From assembly GCF_009914755.1 (NCBI RefSeq), contig NC_060935.1: DNA of 64,000 nt. One strand, 5' to 3'. The notes beneath the pieces are model-generated. The model had not been told where the DNA came from, did not search any database, and saw only the letters and a list, made by a program, of their open reading frames with translations. Both the position numbers and the translations under genes were made by a program. Shown here one piece after another: positions 48,251 through 64,000 of the stretch (its first letter is position 1; every line of letters starts with the position of its first letter). This DNA is from the human T2T-CHM13v2.0 reference genome, Homo sapiens.

Positions 48251-48839
48251 AAGAGTCTTCACCACTTAAAGATATAAATCAAAATTTATGATTAAAATAA
48301 TATGATGCCAGGAATTTATTTTCATAAGAATCTGGTGGAGAAGGTGAGGGTAAAGAAGTAGAAGTGGATTGGGGAAGAGGGAAAATGAAACAAGTTTGGC
48401 CACAAAATGATAATTTTTGAAGCCAGGTAATGGGTACATGGGAATTAATTAAACTATTCTCTTTACTTACATAGTATATATCTGAAATGTTCCATAACAA
48501 AAGGTTTTTTAAAAAAAAAACCCAAGTTCAAATCCATACCTTCCATTTACTAGCTGGGTGACCTTGGATACTAAACAGCTCTAAGCTTAGTTCCATATCT
48601 GGAATTTAGAGATAACAATGGTGCTGTCACCAGGATTAAATAAAATATTACATATGGAAAGTGCTTTCAAACTCTAACAAGCAATATAATGTTAACTGCT
48701 CTAAGAAGTATTATTATAGATGATTATTGGTAATAGATCTTTAATATAATAATAATGGTAGATATTGCTAAGAAAAAGACTAACGGAAAATAGATCACTG
48801 AGAGATCGAAAACTTCTTGAGAACAGAAATCCTGATTTT

Positions 48840-53810
<4,971 letters not shown>

Positions 53811-54989
53811 TCCTTACCACCTAATGGTGCGTTTTTATGTACTGAGCAATCACCTCCTTACAAATTCACATTTCTATAGAAAAGAGAGTAGAATTATTCT
53901 AGACAAGAACACAGTATGACATGATAAAAAGAATAAGGACTTTGGAGTCAGAGGAATTTGTATTCAATTACAACTTACTAGCTGGGGAAGGCCTTCTTCT
54001 ATAGGAGGGCATACCAATACTTTATTATCACAGAGCTAGTCGATAAATCTGTTATTAAACATAACTTTATTATACGTATATGTAAGTGCTAGGCACATAT
54101 CAGTTCTCCCTCCTCATCTTTTCAGCGGAGAAAAAAGAACAGAAGCACTAAGATCTCATTTAATCACTTTATGTTAACAACTGATGAAAAATTAAGTGAA
54201 GAAATTAGCTCTTCCCTTAAAATTCTTAGCCATTTCTATCCTAGTCCTCTCAAACTCAGTTTTCAGTCTTATCGAAGCTGTAGTTAGGTCAAAAGCTAGG
54301 AATTTTTTCCCTAAGTATTATATAAGGGAGAGGACAAGCAATATCAACTGTCATTCAACCACCAATAACACTTTAGTGAGCCAGGCCCTATTGTCCATCT
54401 CCAGGACACGGAGATGAGCCAGGCATTAGCTCTGCCATCAAGGACCTCCGACTGGTGGGAAGATAGGTACACCGGTAATGACAGCAGCACTGAACAAAAA
54501 GTACAAATAGATTAGTACCACAGAATGCTACAGAAACAGGTGAAGAAGAGACTAAGCTCTCGCTGAGGTTTCATTTGGGTCTTGAAGCACAAATGTTAAG
54601 TCCACTGGGTGGAGAACAAAAAGAAAGGGAAGAATGGCATGTATTCTGTGAGAAGAGACAACCAGTGCAAGAGTTTTGAGATATGCAAACACAAGAACAC
54701 ATGGCATATCTGGTCATGTGAGGATGGGTGGAAGAGGGCTGAGCAGTCTTGGGAAATGGGAACAACAGAATGTTGGGAAGAGAGGAAATCACATTGTGCA
54801 ACAGTGCTAATGTTCTTAATGCCACTGAACTTTATACTTAAAATTGTTAAAATTGTAAATTTTATATTATGTATTGACATATTTTGTATTTGTATTAACA
54901 TATTTTAATGCTGGATGAATGAATCCATGTAATGTTTAAGGATCAGTATCCTGCTGGATGCTCTAAGCCTTGCCACTCTACAAGTCTAA

Positions 54990-55145
54990 GGATCTAAGAA
55001 TGCAACCAATGCACTGGTGTAAATTTGGGGGCATGTCAGGAATGCAGAATCTTGCCTCACCTCCTCTGCTTGACTTATCAAATAGAATCGACATTTGAAC
55101 AACGTCCCCAGGTAATTTGTATACACATTAATATCTGAGAAATAG
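54990..55145. mobile_element. MER5-family hAT MITE
   Basis: aatgcagaatct...aacaacgtccccaggtaatttgtatacacattaa. Confidence 0.6.
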
Positions 55146-55729
55146 GACATCAGGATGATTTAGGATCAACCCTAGCAACATCTACGTGGAGACACATGGA
55201 GCATCACTGACTCCCGACAGGGACTCTGCCCACCTGTCACAACTTCATGGTGAGGAAGGTACTGCCCTCCTTCCTAGGTGAGCTGTTCTACCAATAGAGA
55301 GCTCTTCCCCTATGAAGTCTGTGACCCCCGCCTGCTTAGACTGCGCCTGAAGGAATTCTATAGACCCTTCTTTCAGCCCCTTAGAACCTTGTGTATATTC
55401 CAACTGGTCCCTGGGAGGTTTTTTTTTGGAACGGGGGTGCGGGGAGGCTAGAAGGGGCTCTGCTGCTAACTGGCTGTATCCTCGTACCCCTCCGGAAGGC
55501 TCAATGTCCACATCTGGAAAACGAGGATGCTAATGTAACGCGATGGAGCAAAGTTGTGTGAGAGAATAAAATGAAATAACGGATAAGACAGTTTCGTAAA
55601 TTAAAAAACACTGTTTCTCCTAATAATTTTTTTAAAATCCTGTCAGACTTCACATATTAATGACAACAGCGGCTGCAAACTAACACGCCCACTAACTTGC
55701 AATATCAGAGATTATCAACAAGTCAGCAC

Positions 55730-56300
55730 TTAACACGGGCGTATGGAGCCTCTTCTGTTCCGGCAAAGTGCCTGGGATTTGGATAATCTACCCTGGTCCG
55801 GATCGGTTCTGGATCTTTCCCGCCAGAGCTTACCTGAACCACTTTCGTGAATTCCTCATAAACCCGCTTCTTAAGGTGCGCCGCCATGCCTACCCGCGGG
55901 CCCTCTCAGCTTCCGTACACTAGGAGGGAGGCGGGGGTGGACGGATCCGGAAAACTTGCGTAGGCGCGGGGGGTGGGTGGATGACTTGCCGAGATCCCAC
56001 AAGGCAGTGGGATTTGGGGAAAGAGCGACCGCTTCCTGTTGCTCGACTGCCTCGCCACTGTACGGACTGATTTGGCGGCCTACGCCGGAAGAACGGAAAT
56101 AAGAGCTTCGCTTGTGGGAGGCGGGGCCTCTGGCGGGAGGAGCTGAGACTGAAAGGGTGGGCAACCCAATGGGAGCTTTGGGAGGCTGGTTGGTGGCCTC
56201 GGAGTGGCTAAGAGACTAGCGCGGCGCGGCGCGAAGGGAGGGAGGGAGGAAGTACAGGTTAAAGGGCAGAGGCGGGGTGCTCCAGAGCTAGAGGCAAAAC
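55730..56300 (-). promoter_or_regulatory. INTS4: INTS4 CpG-rich TATA-less promoter and short 5'UTR
   Basis: The only non-Alu CpG-dense segment in the window. ETS cores (CCGGAAG/CGGAAAT, 56085-56100), GC box (56116-56127), E2F-like TTTGGCGG (56071) and TGGCGGGA (56131), CCAAT (56166), ZNF143-like TCCCACAAGGCA (55995), and YY1-like ATGGCGGC over the start codon. Confidence 0.85.
55834..55887 (-). CDS. INTS4: INTS4 coding exon 1 (MAAHLKKRVYEEFTKVVQ, 54 nt)
   Basis: ATG at 55887-55885 in context ggcATGG, donor CAG|GTAAGC. Translation matches the recognised INTS4 N-terminus. Confidence 0.97.
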
Positions 56301-56777
56301 CCGGAGCTCTGTAAGGGGTTTACGACTCGTGAAAAAACTCAGAGGCTCGGCTGACTTTCCCATCATCCTTTGCTGTACACGATGCTGTTTGTAGGTTTCC
56401 TGAGCACTGCCTTTGTTCAAGCTGTGCGCCACCTCTCTTGTTTTGGGGTGCCTTTCCATACTTCCTTATTCCAGTTTTGCAAAAGCTGCCATCCTTTAAG
56501 GCATCAATCCCTGCTCTGATAGCTATAGTACAGTAGAAGACTTCTGAGACCAAGGATAAAGCAACAAAGCTACAGACTACAGCTCTGGTTCTTGAGCAAA
56601 TGGCTCAACTACAAATGCATTTATAATAACTAACCTGACAAAGATGTGACAATGGAGTGAAATAATGCAGGAACATTTTACGGACTGTAAGGTGTAGTGC
56701 ACATGTTAGTGTCAGTAAATCCAAGGTCAAGTTTTACAACCTACATGAAACTAGCTGTTCATTATTTTGGTCTTTCA

Positions 56778-57089
<312 letters not shown>

Positions 57090-57389
57090 TTAATGTGGGA
57101 TAGTTTAAAAAAAAAAAAGCAGGAGGCTGAGGTGGATACAGAGGACCCAAAAATAAACAAAAGATAGTATTTATCCTCAAGGTCCTACAATCTGAGAAGA
57201 CAGACACCCAAACTGATGGTGACAGTGCAACTGAAATGTGCTGGGTAACGGGAATGAATGTGGTTCAAACAGACCTAATTTCTTCAGAGTGCCTCAGGGA
57301 AGGCTTTCCTAAAATTAGAGGAAACTGGGAGTGGTGGCTCACGCCTATAATCCCAGCACTTTGAGAGGCCGAGGCGGGCAGATCACCTA

Positions 57390-57685
<296 letters not shown>

Positions 57686-58087
57686 TCACCTGAGGTCGGG
57701 AGTTCGAGACCAGCCTGGCCAACATGGTGAAACCCCGTCTCTCCTAAAAATACAAAAACTAGCCGGGCGTCGGGGTGGGTGACTGTAATCCTAGCTACAC
57801 GGGAGGCTGAAGCAGGAGAATCGTTTGAACCCAGGTGGCAGCGGCTGCAGTGCGCCGAGATCGGGCCTCTGTACTCCAGCCTGAGCAACAGAGCGAGACT
57901 CTGTCTCAAGAAAAAAAAAAGAAAAAAAAAGGAAACTATTTCTAATGCAGCTTTAAAAGAATGAGTTTTTCCAGAAACAAAGGCATCCCAGACCGCCGAG
58001 ATAAGATATACAAATATGTCAAGGGAAATGAAAAACATTTAGCAAACAGTACCTTTAATAAAGCTTAGCTGCTATTATTACCATTAT

Positions 58088-58505
58088 CATATTCTATCAA
58101 ATCTAAGCTGCCAGCAATTGTAAAATCAATATTTTATTTATTATGTTAAGAAAAGAAATGCTGAAATTAAATACAATGGTTTCTAATTGCTTAGATTTGT
58201 TATGTATACTTACAGAAACAGCTCTTTTTAACTTATTTAGACATAGATTTGTATCTTACCTCGCACTGCTGTTTCCATGTCTTCCTGTGCACATAAGAAC
58301 TTTTTAATGCCAAATTATAGGGTAATCTATTTGGAGATATATTTAATAGTAATTTAAAATAACACATGTAATTCCAAAATTGCACAGAGCTCAGTCGAAG
58401 CGATGACACCATGAACTGCTACGACTCAGTATACATATGAGCGATTGGCCAACATCTCCTGATTTCGGAGACATTAAATGTGCATCATAGCATCAATGAT
58501 ACAGA
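58088..58505 (-). mobile_element. Tc2-family (MER104/Kanga-like) DNA transposon remnant
   Basis: Ends resemble the CCGTATT.CATCGA.TCTAAGATGC terminal inverted repeat in both orientations. Confidence 0.55.
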
Positions 58506-59213
58506 GTATTATCATCGTTATTAAATACATGGCGGCCAGGTGCGGTGGCTCACACCTGTAATCCCAGCACTTTGGAAGACCAAGGTGAGAGGATAGCTTG
58601 AGCTCAGGAGTTGGAGACCAGCCTGGGCAACATGGTGAAAACCTATCTCTACCAAAAATACAAAAAATTAGCTGGGCGTGGTGGCATATGCCTGTAGTGC
58701 CAGCTACTCGGGAGGCTGAGGTAGGAAGATTGCTTGAGCCCGCTTGGCAGAGATTGCAGTAGCTGAGATCGCACCACTGCACTCCAGCCTGGGTGACAGA
58801 ATGAGACCCTGTCTCAAAATAATAAATAAATAAATAAATAAATAAATAAATGGCTTTAGGAAGGAGTTTGGTGCATTCCGAAAACCAAAGGAACTTCAGT
58901 TCATGTTGAAAGTTAAGTGCATGCAGGGAACAGAAGAAGCAATAAAAATAAAGTTGAGGCCAGGCATGGTGCCTCATGCCTGTAATCCCAGTACTTTGGG
59001 AGGTGGTAGGTGGGAGGATCCCTTGAGCTCAGGAGTTCCAGACCAGTCAGTGCAACAGAAAGAGACCCTGTCTCTATATTTTAAAAAAAAAAAATTTATA
59101 TGGAGTTTATCTCTGTCACCCAGGCTGCAGTGCAGTGGCACAATCGTGGCTCCCTGTAGCCTCGATCTCTGAGGTTCAAGCGATTCTCCTGCCTCAGCCT
59201 CATGAGTAGCTGA

Positions 59214-59405
<192 letters not shown>

Positions 59406-59589
59406 TAAATAAATTTGAGAAGTTGGTATAGCCAACTTCTCAATGAGCCAGATTGGTATAGAAACAAGAACACACATTCTTTAATGTTGAATTGAAAAAC
59501 CGTCTTTATTGTATTGATGCCATTTTCCTTTGACTTTTATTATTACTTATGAAAATACATTAAGGTTCACCTGTGAATGAATCCGTGAG

Positions 59590-61700
59590 GCTTCAGTCTT
59601 CTCTCTCTCTTGCATAACAGCAGCCCAACTTAGTAACTTCTTCTCTACCTGCTGGTTCAGAACAAGAGCCCCAGTGGTCTGGGGACAGTCTCATTACATG
59701 TCCAATGTAATGAACAATGACTATGTTCTCTAGGGCAACTGTTCCTCCCTTGGGGAGTAAGTCTTCCAAACCTACTGAGCCCAAGAATTCATAAATGAAT
59801 TATTAGGTGTAAAAGAGAGAGGAACTGCTCCTATCTCCACCCTTTGATAACCAGACCCATGTTCTAACTGTGGGAGAAGCAGTACTATATTTTAGCTGTT
59901 GGTATAAGGCATATGCCACAAACAGCGGCCCAAACTCACAATGTGTTGGCTCTTGACTAGCGCTATAACTGAATCTCCAAAAGGTTATTATTCTGCTTTA
60001 TTATAGCACCTACATCTGAATGATGGGGTTCCTGGCAAGACCAAGAAGTTTCTTCACTACAATTTTCTCAGCATAAAATAAGCTCCTTAATCAGAAGCAA
60101 TGTGTGGAGTACTATGATAATGAATGAGGCATCCATAGATGATGGAGCTGGCAGAAATATTGCAGGCAGGGAAGTCAAATCTGAATTTGGAATATGAATC
60201 TATTCCTGTGAGGACAAATCACTGCTCCTTCCATGATGGAAAGGATCCAGTGTGTAGTTGAATGATTGCAAAAAAAGCCCCAAATCTCCCCCTCTCGGTA
60301 TGTATACCCCTTGAAGTGTGACTTTGAAGGTGCTTTTATTAAGAGATGAAATCTATATTATCACCCTTTGAATTTGTGCTGGCCTTGTGACAGGCCAATA
60401 CAATGTGGTAGAAGTGACAGCGTGCTAATTTTGAGTCTAAGCCTCAAGGTCCACCCACATACAATTTCCCAGACCTTTTGTTTGATTTTGGACCCCCACC
60501 ATTGCCATGACAGCAAATCCAACCTGGCCTGCTGAAGAGTGAGTGACCACATGGAACACAGGCAAATTGACCCACCTGAAGCCATCTGAGACCGGCTCCG
60601 CCCCAGCTAATCCACCAGCTGACTACAGATGTATGCGTGATCTCAGCTGAGACCAGAACTGCCCAATCTGTAGGCCTGTGAGAAATAATTAATAGCTGTA
60701 GTCTTAAGTCATTACATTTGGGGGTAGGAAATTGTCACACAGTCAGGCACTCCCTAAGCGCTAAGTTAAGTTGCCACACTTCATCTGGTAAGGAGACAAC
60801 AAGCCCAAATGATTTAGGCAGTTGATTATTCACAGCATAGCAGGTGGCATGAACTCCAAATTTGTTTCAGTTCTCCTTGCCAACCAAGCACCATGGCAGT
60901 TATACAGGTGAATGCCATGCACACAATAGATCTGTAACAGCTGAGAACACTGAGCTTAGGAACTTCCCATTCTTGAAAGAGGACTGCTGAGAAACTTGTC
61001 CTCTGGAGGCAGACTTTATTATACTGGTCAGGAAACAAATCTGCCTTCCACCCCATGGGGGACATTTTTTTTTATCACTCTGAAATGTTTCCAGGATTTG
61101 AGGACCATATTAGCTTTATTACCCTGGAATATAAGTAAATCTGCTCCCTGCTCCTAAGCAGCTTTGCAAACATCCTCAAACAAAGCTGTTGATGCCATTT
61201 GCTCAGAAACACCAGAATTTTTCCCAGCAGTTTGCTAACTGATTTGCAGTGCAATAAACCTCCCACCAAGAAGTGCCTGGTACCCTCTGAGAATAATACC
61301 ATATCAGGGGCTTAGTGTTGGTCTCTCTCTACTATTGGCAGGTTGGACATACATCAGTGGCTAGATTAGCTTTGGTGAGAGGAAGTCTGTACTGTGCAGC
61401 CCATGAATAGCCTCTATCCCTGCCATTATGGCAGGGATTTTTGTTCATGTCTCCATCGAGCAAGCACTGAGCTGCTGGGGAAAGAGGCTGGCTGACATCC
61501 ACAGGTTGGATCATTGTGCCCTTGATTTTTGAGACCCTCTTCTAGAATGGGTGCCCTCTGGTGGACATTCACAAGGAGCACAGACATTTACACCTATACC
61601 AGTTTCCCAGGCTTTCTTATCACCCATCTTCCACTCTTGAACTTGCCAAGTCTCTGGCCAACCAGGAATGGGCCCTGGGTATGCAGAAGGACCTAACAAT
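59590..61700 (-). mobile_element. ERVL/MaLR internal (pol/integrase) remnant, interrupted by an MLT1-type LTR (~60250-60730, plus strand) and probably a second LTR (~60730-61330)
   Basis: ORF 61332..61514 (HNGRDRGYSWAAQYRLPLTKANLATDVCPTCQ) resembles the ERVL integrase HHCC zinc finger. ORF 59593..59784 (LEDLLPKGGT) resembles ERVL downstream pol/dUTPase. Confidence 0.75.
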
Positions 61701-62645
61701 CAGCCTCCCAGGACACTAAGCACAGCAGTAAAGAGCAGATAATGAGTGGGGGTTGGGAGAAGGCAGCAGAAGATGAGGGAAATAAGTAGAGAATTAAAAA
61801 CAAACAAATAACAACAACAACAAAAACAGGTACCCTAAGAGAAAAAAATGTAGAACTGAAAACCTGATGCAGTGCTATGAACTGGGATATCTTCATGAGG
61901 GTAATCTACAAAGGTTTACATCTTTCTTTGTGTTTTTCCTTTAGATTATGTTGACAGTTACGTTTAGCATACGGTTTTAAGATTTTCTCTTCTGACTCTA
62001 TAATTTTCTTTGGTTAGTCCCAACAGATCTAAGAAGTTTCATATATTCATACAAATGAAGCAGAGATTGCCTTTTGAACATGATTACTATCATTGCTATT
62101 TTGGGTTTTGTTGTTGTTGTTGTTGTTGTTGTTGTTTGAGACAGAGTCTTGCTCTTGTTGCCCTGGCTGGAGTGCAATGGTGCAATCTCAGCCACTGCAA
62201 CCTCCGCCTCCCGGGTTCAAGAGATTCCCCTACCTCAGCCTCCAGAGTAGCTGGGATTACAGATGCCTGCCACCACACCTGGCTAATGTTTGTATTTTTA
62301 GTAGAGACAAGATTTCACTATGTTGGCCAGGCTGGTCTCAAAACTCCTGACTTCAAGTGATCCACCCGCTTCGGCCTCCGAAAGTGCTGGGATTACAGGC
62401 GTGAGCCATTGCACCTGGCCTGCTATTTTGGCCTTTCTGTTAGGAAAGAGGAAGGGAGGAGATAGTATTAATGAGTAGGCAACCAACAATGTTCTTGTAA
62501 TTCATGTACTTGTAATTTTTGTGTATATGAGACAGGGTCTCGCTCTGTTGCCCAGGCTGGAGTGCAGTGACATGATCATGGCTTGCTGCAGTCTTGACCT
62601 TCCAGGCTCAAGTGATCCTCCCACCTCAGCATCCTGAAAAGCTAG

Positions 62646-62825
<180 letters not shown>

Positions 62826-62828
62826 TAA

Positions 62829-63011
<183 letters not shown>

Positions 63012-64000
63012 TAGCAGAGATGGGGTTTCACCATGTTGGCCAGGCTGGTCACAAACTCCTGACCTCAGGTGATCCGCCCGCCATGGCCTCGAAAAGTGCT
63101 GGGATTATAAGCATTAGCCACCGTGCCTGGCCTTATGTTTATATCTTTTTGGATATTTCTTTTTTGTACAGTCTTGTAAGTCCCACTACCTTAAATCTTT
63201 TTTGGAGCAAATATTTAATTAAATTACATTGAATTAAATGAGCATTCTCCTCACCTTAATTTTAAGCCATCCATAAATGTAATTTTAATAGCAGCAAAAC
63301 ATTACATTATACAGACATAATATAATGACTTAAAACTATTTATTGCTTCTCAGAATAGGGTATTAAAAGAAAAAATACTGCTTATTTCCAAAAGTTTTGC
63401 TATCGTGAGATAAAAATGTTTTGTTTTTTGTTTTGTTTTGTTTTGTTTTTTGAGACAGAGTCTTGCTCTGTCGCTCAGGATGGAGTGGCATGGTGCAATC
63501 TTGGCTCACTGTAACCTCTGCCTCCCTGTAACCTCTGCCTCCTAGGTTCATGGAATTCTCCTGCCTCAGCCTAACAAGTAACTGAGATTACAGGTGTGCA
63601 CCCCCATGCCCGACTAATTTTTGTATTTTTAGTAGAGACAGGGTTTCACCATGTTGGCCAGGCTGGTCAAATGAACTTGTAACCTCAGGTGATCCACCTG
63701 TCTTGGCCTCATAAAGTGCTGGGATTACATAGGTGTGAGCACAGCGCCCAGTCAATAGTACGTTATCTTAACTGTATTATGGATTGAGAGTTGGGGAGGT
63801 ATTGGAATTGCCTTTGTTTAATAAAATAGTTTGGAAGTTGCTTAGGAGGAGAGTCATTATCTTAAGAACATGCATGCAATCTAGAACCAAGCAACAAAGG
63901 AGGTAGCTAAACTGGAGCATGGTCTTCTCTTTGCAAATAGAAGGAACACGAGAGGGCTCATGGAGAATTGTCGTGTTTCTAAAGCCTTGGTTTGGAACTG

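Noticed and set aside
55871-56164. 97-aa ORF overlapping the INTS4 start (possible uORF or N-terminal extension)
   Set aside because: It has a non-ATG start upstream of the likely TSS, is out of frame with INTS4, and has GC-rich chance-ORF composition.
62096-62360. Poly-Q, poly-C and poly-L ORFs
   Set aside because: These are translations of a (TTG)n Alu tail.

Overview
Primate (very probably human) genomic DNA containing the 5' half of INTS4 (Integrator complex subunit 4) on the minus strand. It holds a CpG-rich, TATA-less promoter (~55.9-56.3 kb) and coding exons 1-10. Exon 10 is cut by the window start. The exons join in frame through GT-AG introns to give about 367 codons (MAAHLKKRVYEEFTKVVQPQEE...KEEVDTGA), an N-terminal HEAT/ARM-repeat region. 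The rest is repeat-dense intron and upstream DNA: more than 60 Alus, L1PA/L1M pieces, MIR/L2/L3, DNA transposons and an ERVL/MaLR remnant. Almost all ORFs in the supplied track are repeat artefacts. The most notable structure is a pair of L1PA4-like 3' fragments, about 96% identical by hand alignment, that share private variants and nearly the same 5' breakpoint. They sit in inverted orientation in introns 8 and 4 and bracket exons 5-8. That exon block is 447 nt, phase 0 at both ends and stop-free, so a back-spliced circle would be an endless ORF. Also present are a TSD-flanked 36-nt U2 snRNA 5' fragment lying antisense in intron 2, a twin-priming L1 inversion, and several rearranged Alus. INTS4 has duplicated pseudogene copies (INTS4P1/P2); the intact frame and splice sites favour the functional gene. 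Repeat boundaries and subfamily calls are by eye and approximate.
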